Part shown: positions 13,740 through 24,962 of the stretch, one piece after another
Layout: each line of letters starts with the position of its first letter
How positions within the stretch are numbered: the stretch's first letter is position 1
Source: Octopus bimaculoides
Taxonomy: Eukaryota
Assembly (NCBI RefSeq): GCF_001194135.2
Contig: NC_068983.1
Location: 156,136,869-156,182,303, forward strand
Length of the DNA stretch: 45,435 nucleotides
Reading direction: 5' to 3'
Translations under genes and position numbers: made by a program
Notes under the pieces: model-generated
What the model was told of the DNA's origin: nothing
Database searches by the model: none
Seen by the model: the letters and a program-made list of their open reading frames with translations, nothing else

Positions 13740-14400
13740 GCAATTGGTCACCAAAGAACATTACTGTCAATAATTTAAATTAACGACTACCGATGAATGG
13801 TCTAAGGGAGACAACTAAATAACACTTCAACATCAAAGAACATTACTGTGAATAATTTAAATGAAATACTCGAGAAAGTTTTAGTAGGGAATGAACATAC
13901 AAATCTATAAACTTTGTTGCTGATAACTCGGAAATTTTCAATTACCCCGTTGAGTTCTTAAACTCGCTGGAGAAACAAGGAGCTACTCCTCATTACCTTC
14001 CATTTGAAATAGATTCTCCAGTCATGCATATACAGAACCTTACTCAAAGCTGTGCAGTGCCAAATGAGTTGTGAAGAAATTTAAGATAGATGTCATAGAG
14101 TTCACAATAATTTCTATGTGGAAAAGCTGAAGATGTTTCTATTCCTCGTTTACCTTTAATACCTTCCAATTTGCCCTTCCAATTCAAACGACTTCAATTT
14201 CTAATACTTCTGTCTTTTGCAATGTCCATAAATAAGTCCTAACATCATACTTTGAAAGTTACTGCTTTGCAGTTAGAGAAGGACTGTTTTTCACATAGTC
14301 AGTTATATTTTGGGGCTCCAGAGTAGGGAGGAAGGACAATCTTTTCATTTTCACCCCTTCTGGTAAAACCCGAAACTTTGTCTACCTTGAAGTTTTTAGC
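13740..14400 (+). mobile_element. Helitron Rep/Hel (PIF1-like helicase) C-terminal relic
   Basis: PKNITVNNLN (~13751), [11 protein letters not shown] (~13940), IPRLPLIPSNLPFQFKRLQF (14141-14200), FAMSINKS (~14216), LEKDCFSHSQLY, and SRVG..NLFIFTPSGKT. These are typical Helitron helicase terminal motifs. Confidence 0.88.
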
Positions 14401-14439
14401 ATGGGATCAACACACTAAAACTTGCAGAATGAATAATTA

Positions 14440-14885
14440 CTTTGAAGACTGAAATACTACAGATCATAGATCAGATGTTTATATGCACAGACCTGTAGAA
14501 ATCTTTACTGCTACAGAAGCTGAACGGGAGGTAGAAAGAATTGATTACATCAACATCGAAGAAAAGGATGTAATATATGATATAGATGCAAACTCAACTG
14601 CTGGCCCTGATGGATTCCCAGCAATCCACAAGTCATGCAAACGATTCCTTGCAAAACCAATGCAACCACTATTTCAGAACTTCCCCGCAAAAGGTAGCCT
14701 CTCGGAGAAACTAAGGAGGGAATAATATGCCCTATCCATAAAGGGGGAGGCATAGCAGATGCTAAAACCTATAGGCCTATCTTGCCCTGTCTTGGCATAT
14801 TTGGAAAACTTGGAGAATGGCTATATGACTTTCTAAAAGTTAGAAGTCAGGGAGTATGGTCAATGGAGCCATCTCCAAGAAAACG
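14440..14885 (+). mobile_element. CR1/L2-group LINE RT relic with internal deletion
   Basis: INIEEKDV..DANSTAGPDGFPA..KSCK..LAKPMQPLF..ICPIHKGGG.ADAKTYRPI (RT domain 0) is joined directly to LGIFGKLGEWLYDFLKVRSQGV, a later RT region. Confidence 0.75.
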
Positions 14886-15220
14886 CAAAGAAGGCCAACG
14901 TCGTTCCATTTGTAGGAGAAGTTATGACCTCAGTTTTCCGGGATGGAAAGGCATTGTGTTTTCTGACTATCTTCAAAAGGGCCACGCCATGAATGGAGAG
15001 TATTATGCCAACATGCTGTGGTAGTTAAGAAAAGCGATCAAGACCAAAAACTCAGAAAAACTGGTGAGAGGTATCTTATTTTATCAAGACAATGTTCTAG
15101 CACAAAACTCCTTGGTTTCAGCAGCTGCTGCACAAGGGTGGTTTTGAACCGGTTGATCTCCTGCATCGGCCCCATCTATCATATGTTCCTCAACAAAATC
15201 ATGTGGCTGGGAACCAGTAT
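14886..15220 (+). mobile_element. mariner transposase catalytic-domain relic
   Basis: KVMTSVF, KGIVFSDYLQKGHAMNGEYYANML, LRKAIKTK, GILFYQDN. These correspond to the first two catalytic-Asp regions of mariner DD34D transposases. Confidence 0.85.
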
Positions 15221-16309
15221 ATATATATATATATATATATACAAGAATAAGGGCAGAGAATCGTCAATTAATAATAGAATTAATAATTAACAATTTTGCC
15301 AAGTAGTTCAGTATGAAAAAAACCTTTATCGGTAAAACTATTTATCATTATAAATATACAGGGATTAGCAATTGAGTTGCTTCTCCAACATACTGAAAAT
15401 TTAGAAATAGCAGTCAAAGAACTACTGATTCCAAACTACAAATTTTTCTCTAAAGTGGATGGCGATATTTATGGCTCACATAGAACAAAAAACCGGAGGG
15501 AAAAGCGTAAACAAACCAAGCCTTTAGTTAATTGGATACGAATCGTTTCATGGTTAAGTGAATGGAAATTTCACTATTCCAATCTTCAGCCCAAATATAT
15601 ATATATATGTATGTATGTATGTATTATGTATGTGCATAAATATACATATATGTATATACAAATGCACTTCAGCCATGTGACCACACGTATCCTTTTCTCA
15701 GACTCTGCTCATTTCACCTTGTCCTTCTCTCTGGGCTTTTCCGAAGATGAGTCATCCTCTGCTCGTCATTTCTATTTTTCCATTTGGAATTTTTACTGAC
15801 CGTCAATCTAATATATTCACTCGTATATCCTATTAACTTTTGCAGCTTTTTACCCTGTATTTAACTATTGATCTGCCTATATATATATGTTTATGTATAC
15901 ACTGTGTGTGAGTGTGCGCTCGCTTGCAGACTTATATTTGTGTATGTATACATGTATAGTCTAAGGGCGATAGGGCCAAATATAAGTCTGCTTCTCAGTC
16001 ATGAAAGCATGCGTTCCATCTCAATGAGTAACATGTTGGCCAATTTCATTTTTCGTATCCTCTTGTTGCCCCGTACCATATATGAAACTGAGTATCCGTA
16101 AATAGAAGAAAATTCTATCGAGTACCTGGTGTCTAATTCAATGATACAAATTTTTGATACACTCTTTTATACTGGTTCTGCTTGAGAATTTCTTTGATTG
16201 TTCATTTGTCTCAGAAATGCTTAGCTAATTAAACGTTAATTGAAAAGCAAAACATTTGATTGATCGAACAACTATAGCATAATAATCGGCCGATGGAGAT
16301 CCAGAAGAA

Positions 16310-16375
16310 TGTGTGCGTGTGTGTGTGTGTGTGTTTGTGCGTGTGTGTGTGTGTGTGTGTTTGTGTGTGTGTGTG

Positions 16376-16416
<41 letters not shown>

Positions 16417-16436
16417 GTGCAGAGAGAGAGAGAGAA
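16310..16436. repeat. imperfect (GT)n followed by (GA)n microsatellite
   Basis: Directly visible. Confidence 0.95.
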
Positions 16437-17002
16437 CGTGACATAAGAAAACAATTAGTTGCCTGGTGATATATCGTTATCGTTTTCTAATTCGATAATT
16501 TTTTTCTTCTTTACCATGACTTATAAAATTTTTGTTGCATTTTCCGATAAACCGTTAGCATAATTTTTATATAATTTATGAATTAAACTCATTGCATAAA
16601 AGCAAATATTTTAGCAGCTACTTTCAATGTGGAAATTCCAATGAAGATTTATATGTTTTTCATTATTAATAATTAAACAAATTGACGAGTTGTGATAAAG
16701 AAGACAATAACGAAATAAAGAAGTTAGTCAGTTATAGGAAATTTTGAGATGGCACAGTCTGTAGTTGAGAGAGAAGTTACAAAACGTCAGCATGTAAATA
16801 TTAGAAAATATGCTAGTTTAATGGATATATCGTTTATTTAGATAAGAACGACATTAAAAGAGCTGGGATGTGAACGAAAATTTTCAAAACAATGTTAAAA
16901 CATTTCAGTAAGAACTCCGATTTTTCATTGTCAGTGATACGGTCTGCCCTATTACTGACAACTGAAATTGTTTCTGACTATCTTTGCAATCGAAGACAAT
17001 TG

Positions 17003-17974
17003 GGCATAACTACAAAGTTGTACCCCACAGACTTTGGAAGGTCATAACTTTCAGCAAAATGAATATCTTTTAATGAGATTTTCTATGCATATAGTATTTA
17101 TTATGTACATTCCGAATATATGAAACTTTCCGGTGAAAGTGTTTTGGAATGGGGGTGGGGGACAATTTTCGGAATTTCCAACACAGTCCACTTAAATTCT
17201 TTTTAACTTCCAGGAAAAGGAATATGTTTTCGTGAAATTTTCTACAAATATACCTTGGAGTATGTACATTTCGTGCATGTCGGAATTTCGAAGGAAACAA
17301 CTGCAGGTTATTTTTGAGAAGCGTTCCCCACTCGGTGGTGTTTTGGAGCAAGTCGTCCATATTTGTTTCATTTTTCTCTATTATGTGCGTATGTGCATCC
17401 GTAGATTTCTAATGAAGTAATAAGCAGAAGAGAGAAGCCGTCAGAAGAAAACTTACGTTAAAAATAACATGCACACGATTTTTTTTTTCACAATAGAAGT
17501 AAATTCCAAAGTAAACGATTCTAGTAGAGAAGTAGAAGAGAACAGAAGCAGCGTATTACTTCATTAGAAATCTACGGATGCACATACCCACATAATAGAG
17601 AAAAATGAAACAATTATGGACGACTTGCTCCGAAACACCACCGAGTGGGGAAAACTTCTCAAAAATAACCTGCACTTGTTTCTTTCAGAATTCCTACATG
17701 TTCAAAATGTACATACATCAAGGTATATTTGTAGAAACTTTCACGAAAAAATATTCATTTTCCTGGAAGTTAAGAACAATTTAAGTGGACTCTGTTGGAA
17801 TTTTCGACAATTGTCTCCCACCCCCATTGCAAAACACTTTCACCGGAAATCTTTATATATTCGGAATCTACATCATAAATACTATATGCATAGAAAATGT
17901 GATTAACATATCTTCATTTTTCTGAAAGTTATGACCTTCCAAAGTCTGGTAGGGTACAACTCTGTAGTTATGCC
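17003..17974. mobile_element. Non-autonomous foldback DNA transposon with ~420-bp TIRs and 8-bp TSD GACAATTG
   Basis: Arms 17003-17422 and 17554-17974 are reverse complements (termini GGCATAACTAC / GTAGTTATGCC). Identical gacaattg occurs at 16995-17002 and 17975-17982. Confidence 0.92.
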
Positions 17975-18095
17975 GACAATTGTATGTGTGGTTCGATAGG
18001 GTTGAAATATGTGTGGTTCGATAAGGTTGGCAATAAACAGTAAAATATAGTGGACATCGACTTCCGCTATGAGAAGTTATTGTTTATAAAGACAG

Positions 18096-18272
18096 AGAAG
18101 TGAAAATTTTCCAATTCAAAATTCACTAAATGAAAAAAGCAAAAACATTTTACCAAAACTGGAAAACAATTATTACCCAATCTTTTTCAAGAAAGAACCC
18201 TATGAAATCGCGGTACAAAACCCCTACATTGAGCTGTTCGAAGAACCGTTCGTAATCGAAGAGATAGAAAGT
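18096..18272 (+). CDS. Candidate internal exon, unknown product (RSENFPIQNS...VIEEIES)
   Basis: cag acceptor at 18093-18095, 59 open codons, gtatgt donor at 18273. No homology recognised. Confidence 0.15.
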
Positions 18273-19568
18273 GTATGTTCGTTGAAAATTACATAAATTA
18301 CAGACTAACAAGAAACATTGAGGGAAGAGTTGGTGAAATTGGATCACTGATAATGTAATCATATTCATACCCACTTGGTGAAAGCCGTGCTATTGCCTAT
18401 AGGTGGGTTCACAAAATATTAAGAGGTAGTTTCATTTTGGATAATTTTTCATAAAGTGATTATAAGTGAGATATAATATTGCGTTTTATAACTTTGGCTA
18501 TATATTCACGACCACTGTTTTTGTATATGTTTTTGAGTGTATCTGTATTTGTTAATATATGTGTGCCCCTACGTGTGTGTATCTATGTATGTCTGTGCAT
18601 CTGTATGCGTGTATGTATTATCTCATTGTTCATATACATAGAACTCGGTTTAATATATCAATTTTAAATACTTAATGCAATTTGCTTGAATAATATTTGG
18701 AAGAAATTCAGCACCTGTTTATAATATAAATTATGAAAGGAATTATGTTAGTTTATGAATTATTTTATAGCATGTGAAAGGAAAAGCTGGCACCCGTACT
18801 CACGTACATACAAGTATGGAACAGACCGACGCACGCTCATATGTAGGTGTACGAGCGTTTGCGTGTGTGTGTACACATTCAAATATACTAAAGAAAAATA
18901 ACAAATATGAGTAGATGTTAATTACATAATATTGCACCAGTTATTACGTACAGTATTTTAGAATCTCTTCATAATTTTCGAAAGGAAAGAAAATTATCTA
19001 AGCTCTAGACTGCGAATGAATATGACTATCTCTAATATCTGGCGTGTTTTGTTTTTTTTACTTCGTTATAAAATTTAATTTGCTGTAACATAGAATTCTA
19101 TGTTACCTATTATATTTCAGTATATACCTGCACACATTTTACAAAGCTTTATAATAACAGTTTTGCTGCACAATCGAGAAATTTGTGACGAGCCCATATT
19201 CTAAAGCGGGAAAAGAAGAGTATTGTAAATATTACAAGAAATATCGAAAATTCTAGTTTAAATTACAACTGCAATTCTTGCTAGAACTTGAAGTAAAATG
19301 ATAGTAGTCATTCAATTTCGTATTAACTAAATATCTCGCTAGATTTTATTAAAATATTAGTTTAAACTTAAGGTATTTCCACGTATTATATGCTAAGAAG
19401 AAAAAGAATACAACTTCTTCGGATGAAAATTCAAAATATCATTAAGGTTTATACGTCAATGAAGTTCAAATTTTAATAGGATGTCTTTTGTAGCCTATCA
19501 CACATACCCTCATTATTTTTGCTAAAGTTTGAAGCATTATCGGAAATACAAATTAAATATCACAAAGG

Positions 19569-19570
<2 letters not shown>

Positions 19571-19632
<62 letters not shown>

Positions 19633-19656
19633 CACGCACACATACACACACACACA
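19571..19656. repeat. (CA)n microsatellite
   Basis: Directly visible. Confidence 0.95.
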
Positions 19657-20041
19657 TATATATATATGCCTGTGTATGTAAGTGTTTCTGCATTTGTATG
19701 TTTATTACTTGTTACTTTTGTAACAATTTTACCTTTGCGTTCCTGACACTGAAAGAAAGTTTGCTCATATTTGATAAGCTATTGTAGTTTTCTTCTTGAA
19801 GAAAAAACAATTGCTTCCCGCCAACATCCACATGCACTATCATATGAAAAGAGCAACATGTGTATAGTCATTTAGACTGCGTTCTGCGGTCCAACCTACT
19901 GGTGCGTAATGAATCAGAAAGCAATGTCCAGCTTTACACTATACAGGGACGGAAAAATACCTCGTTGAATTTTTGATGTACAATGTGGAAATTTTGAATA
20001 TTACTGAGAAGAATATGCATACTCATACATACACACTCACA

Positions 20042-20090
20042 CATACATACATACATACATACATACATACATACATACATACATACATAC
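20042..20090. repeat. (ACAT)n microsatellite
   Basis: Directly visible. Confidence 0.95.
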
Positions 20091-20091
20091 A

Positions 20092-20549
20092 CCCATGAGA
20101 CATGGTGTTGTGGCCAAGACGCTGTACAATGAAATCCGCCGACAGGATAACCCCGAGGCTAAGGAGATGAAAACCCATAATCAGGTAGAGGTCATTACCA
20201 CTCACAATATGAAAGAGTATTGGTGGAATGTCCCAATAAAAACCTCAATATAGTGCAGACATAATAGACCGGATATAGTAATCTGGGACAGAGAAGAGAA
20301 ACTCTGTACAGTAGTAGAAATCAGCTGTCCTGCGGATGTCAACATCCCACTAAAGATTAGAGAAAAAGAGAACAACTACGCCGAGCTACTGAGAAATTTA
20401 CAGATACTCCACCCAGACTACAAGTTCAGATTCATACCCGTGATTGTTGNNNNNNNNNNAAAGAAAAGGGCTGATTAGAAGACTACAGATTCAAGCCATC
20501 AATGGAACTGTAAAGATATGTAAAACTTTCCAAACATTTAGCACATAAA
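20092..20549 (+). mobile_element. 3' fragment of an RLE-type non-LTR retrotransposon (R4/Dong-like)
   Basis: One frame from 20095: MRHGVVAKTLY...EYWWNVPIKTSI*CRHNRPDIVIWDREEKLCTVVEISCPADVNIPLKIREKENNYAELL...FIPVIV, then after a 10-N gap IRRLQIQAINGTVKICKTF. RH..V, NRPDI and ISCP..N...K..EK..Y are restriction-like endonuclease motifs. Confidence 0.88.
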
Positions 20550-21184
20550 TACATATGCATGCATCTAGACATAAAAATGCATCCATAAAACAAACATACA
20601 AATCTGCGCATACACTAACACCAAATACTGCACACACACACATATGCACAAATACCTAGATGATGTTGATAAAAGTTCCAATGAAGGAGCCTTGAATCTA
20701 TGTTAGAGTCCGCCTCTTTCTCTATGGACAAGAAATACAGAAATGAAACTGATTGATAACATACATACGCGCACACACATATGTATCTATGTACGTTATA
20801 TAGAAACAAACGGAATATATATATGTTTATATATATTTGCATGATAGCAACATCCAGGAGATACGTTTTATGTATACAAGTGAGAACATCTTTGCTATTT
20901 TTTCGAAACCCTCAAATATATAAGGGTAATGCAATTGAACGCAGGATATGAAAATGGCTGAAATATTGAGTTTTTTTAGTAGAAAATTATTTGTCACTAA
21001 TCTTACTGTCATTTCTTCACTCAAAAGTAATTGCATTACGTGCTCGCAAGAGACGATCAACATTGTTGTTGTACCTAACAGATTAGCAACTAAATATTTT
21101 TCTGAACGCTCTTCACTGATTCGAAAATGGTGTGACACATGAAAAACATTGTCCTAAATAAGAAATGTCAATGAAAGCTACTTT

Positions 21185-21270
21185 TAACCAGTTGAGCTAT
21201 GGGGTCGATGTAATCGACTTACCTTCCACCTGAAAGTGCTGCCCTCGTACCAAAATTTTTTAAACTGATA
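21185..21270 (+). mobile_element. SINE family 1 3' fragment (tail type B)
   Basis: ccagttgagctatggggtcgatgtaatcgacttacc...gtaccaaaattt matches the other copies. Confidence 0.7.
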
Positions 21271-21435
21271 TTGGCTTTAACATTTACGGTAGACTCAGAA
21301 TCCACTATGTATAGGAACATCTAATGATGTGGATATTATTTTAGTTTTGTTGAGAATGGAAGCCAGAATGTTTTGAATCTTATCTAAGTGCGGTGCATAA
21401 GCTAGTCGAATAAATTGTCTATCATGCTTCCTTAC

Positions 21436-21492
21436 CATCATAGCCGATGCGATTGCACTAAAGAAAGCAATACATGTAATAAATTTATACAT
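21436..21492 (-). CDS. Candidate signal-peptide-encoding first coding exon (MYKFITCIAFFSAIASAMM)
   Basis: ATG at 21492, 19 codons with n/h/c signal-peptide pattern, followed immediately by a strong donor G|gtaagg. Confidence 0.25.
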
Positions 21493-21912
21493 TATTCTTA
21501 GTTTAAGAAACGTTATATCTCTTCTGCTAAATCACTATCAGAGAACTAATGTGAAAATGATTGAAGAATAAGAACAATCTTGTGAAAAATAAAAAGAGAC
21601 AGAAGAAAAAGAGAGAACAAGACAGATGTACATATACAGAACGAGAGACAGAACGTAAAACGACAAAAAGAAAAAAAATAATCGTACGTTCACATTATTT
21701 GCAAAGACTTCTCGCCGAACACAAAGCTAAAACAATGGATAGAAACAAAAGCAACAATATCAGCAATATTATAACTTACTGCCTAACAACAAAGGCAACA
21801 GATTCGCCATTAATAACAGAAATGGTAAAATTTTTCATTGAATTAAAGTGTTTGCTTATGCGTTGACAACCACAAAGTAGTTGGGTTTGTATTCAAATGA
21901 TGATTTACCAAC

Positions 21913-21922
21913 CGCCATTTTG
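21913..21922. promoter_or_regulatory. YY1-consensus motif (CGCCATTTTG)
   Basis: Exact match to the CGCCATnTT consensus, about 420 bp upstream of the candidate exon on the minus strand. A single short motif could be chance. Confidence 0.2.
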
Positions 21923-23159
21923 ATGTATCTTCAGTGGTCTGCATTTGCTATGTTTATTCCTTTCACTTTATTTTGTGTGTGTGCGTGTGTGTGTGTGTCA
22001 AATTTTTTTCCTTTTCGTTCTTTCTTTGTCCCATGCGTACATATACCGTTAGATGGTTGAAATAAATCTAGTGTGTTTTGTTTTATACGTTTGGCTTTAC
22101 TTTTGTCTTGATACATCGTAACTCAGTGAAAATGGCCACTAATAAATAGCTACACTGTCATATTAAATATAACTAACATCACCTTACCCAACCAAAATCA
22201 GCAAATAACACTCAGCACTTATGTATATGTGACTGTATGTGTGTAAGCGTATGTACTTGTGTACATCTGGCTGGGTGAAAAAATAACTACTGAGAAACAA
22301 ACATACTATACAAACATTCTCGTGCCCCATGATTTTTCTTCTTTTTGATTTCTCTTAAACAAACAAAAAAAACATAACTTTATTAAAGTTGCAGTACTTT
22401 TGTTAATTCTTTGTATCATTCTATTAATGCTTATAATACATTAATGCCATTTTAACGACTAGCTTACACCATTGACACACGACATTGATTTTGTAAGAAA
22501 GAAATAATACACACACATACACATATACACATAAACACACACACACATAAACAAACACACATATCCACACATACATACATAAACACATACATATATACCC
22601 ACATGTATACATATATGTCTACACATCTATATGTATACATATATGTATATGGATGTATGTATTACGTATGTATATATGTATGCAGATGAATATTGGTAGT
22701 TGTTATGGCCATTTGTCCTGTGTAGGCGTAATGGAAATAATATTTCTAAAATGCAGAACGATAGTACAAGATCATGCGACAATGAGTAAACAAGCAAATA
22801 ATACATGGGTTCAGACATGTGAAATCATGTGAGTAAAGTGTGGGTAGTGATATAAAGCGAAAAAGAACAGTGAAGGAAGTGTACAATGAAAATAAATACG
22901 CCAATGTAAGAAACGGAAAAAAAAACTAACGTTTGGAGTGATGTTGTTTATCAAAGAGAACAAAAGTAATTAAATGATGAAAAAGAAAGACAATATACGA
23001 AATATATATCGTCTGTTTACATGGCAGGTTTCACGTAAAACTGATAGGTGAGTGGGAGAGTAGATGCGCGGCATTGGAGGCTCAATTTGGAACAGTGAGG
23101 ATCACAGCAGAAAGAAGGTTGGAAGCAGTGAAAAAAGGAGAAACAGAATGAGAAAATTA

Positions 23160-23214
23160 AGGGGGGGGGGGAGAGAGAAAGAGAGAGAGAGAGAAAGAGA
23201 GAGAGAGAAAGAGA

Positions 23215-23246
<32 letters not shown>

Positions 23247-23248
23247 AA
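23160..23248. repeat. G run plus (GA)n/(GAAA)n polypurine tract
   Basis: Directly visible. Confidence 0.9.
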
Positions 23249-23845
23249 ATTAAGAAATGATGGCTTGAGAAGAATTGAAGAAAGGGAGAATAAGTAAAAG
23301 AGTGAATTAACGATGTGTTCGTGTGTATGAATGTGAATATTTATGTGTAGTCAAATGGGTAAGATTTTATTTGTACAGAAAATACATACCTATTTTGTGA
23401 CAAGGGATCTAAAATTTATTTGGTGAGGTATGCAACACACATGTATGCAACATGTATCAAGCTTAGAATGTAAATAATGTACACGCCTGTTCTCCACCAC
23501 ATGCACATACGCACACATGCACATATAGTTACAGATAGCACGCATACACATACACACACACACAAATATTGTCACTGAAGTGGATAGGTTCATGTATGTG
23601 ATGTAATATGTTATGTGGATACAGAGATGTCTAAGAGATACATGTGGTGAAATACAGTTTCCTCTAGTCAATGAAAAGGTGTGGTATCTGGAGAAATCTG
23701 CGTTTGTATGCTACGTTGGTGGCGTTTGTAGACTAAGACGATATAACGTGTGTGAATAAATGTGTCTGTACGCGCATATACACGTGAAATGTGTACTTAT
23801 GAGAATGTGTCATTGACTGTGAGGTATTTGCAATCGAGAAGGATA

Positions 23846-23847
<2 letters not shown>

Positions 23848-23913
<66 letters not shown>

Positions 23914-23942
23914 TTGGTGGTGGTGGTGGTCGTCGTCGTCGT
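23848..23942. repeat. compound (GTA)n(GTG)n(GTC)n trinucleotide repeat adjacent to gap
   Basis: Directly visible. Confidence 0.95.
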
Positions 23943-24239
23943 NNNNNNNNNNNNNNNNNNNNNNNNNNNNNNNNNNNNNNNNNGTATTGGACATACACAG
24001 TAACAGCGCGTCACTGCATCCACCGTTTCTTTTTAATTCCCGAATACTCCTAGCAGATGACACCTTTGTACCAAGGTGACAAGCTTACAACCCACGGGTC
24101 TGCTTTAAGTGTCGTTGCTGGTGAGGGTTTTACGATGTCGGAGTGTAAAGCCTACCTCAACCTCTTTTAATCACCTTTTGTGACATGCAGAGGAATCGGA
24201 TCTATTCTTTGACATGCCGTTCCTCACATAGCACCGAGC

Positions 24240-24350
24240 AACGTGAAATGAAGTGTTTTGCTCAAGAACACAATATGCCGCTCGGTTTGCGATTCGAAAT
24301 CATGATGTGGTGATCATAAGGGAAACACCTTAACAAGCAGTCACGTGCCT
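24240..24350 (-). mobile_element. tRNA-derived SINE family 2 head
   Basis: gtgaaatgaagtgttttgctcaagaacaca...gattcgaaa is the reverse complement of the 287-400 segment. Confidence 0.7.
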
Positions 24351-24654
24351 TTGTGATACGGATATATAGATGGATAGGAAAGTATATGTGTCCTGTGGAA
24401 TGTGTACGTAAAGTATTGTGTACCATGTGGCGGGGGGTCTATTGTGTTAAATAATCAGGGCAGACGAAAAGATGGGACAATCATGTGCGTGTAGATGAAC
24501 TGAATTGCACCTGAATGTTGTATTATTTCGATTCATATCACGTAAGAAGGTAATACAAAAATGTTCGTTCTTACGATGGTAAATTATGTCTAAAGAAATG
24601 ATTAGTGGAACTTACATTTCATATCATACGATTATATACAACGTGTACTATGTA

Positions 24655-24962
24655 CGAGGATGTACTGAAAATTTTCTGAATAAAATATTATTTTTGTTTG
24701 TTTGTTTATTTTTTCAGTGTTATCGCATCGATTATGGAAGCATGATGGACACTTTACTCGACTAGTTTATGCATAGCACTTATATGAAATTCGAAAGAAA
24801 ATGCAGGAAGTGCAGTCAATTGTGATTTTATTCAGCATATTCCCCTTTCAGATTCACGCACTTATTGCAGTGTTCCTTCAGATTTTCTAAACCCTGTAAA
24901 AAGGCATCTAACCAGGCCTTTAGTGACACCCTTAAAGCCAGGAATTTTACAGCACCCCCTCG
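24655..24962 (-). mobile_element. mariner-derived non-autonomous element (MITE), ~310 bp
   Basis: Termini ta|cgaggatgtactgaaaatttt and ggaattttacagcaccccctcg are inverted. The internal part is the reverse complement of 41320-41470 and encodes KCVNLKGEYAE*, a mariner C-terminus. Confidence 0.8.

Noticed and set aside
22757-22828. 72-nt frame-preserving exon-like segment with a gtgagt donor
   Set aside because: Weak polypyrimidine tract and no recognisable peptide; such pseudo-exons are common.
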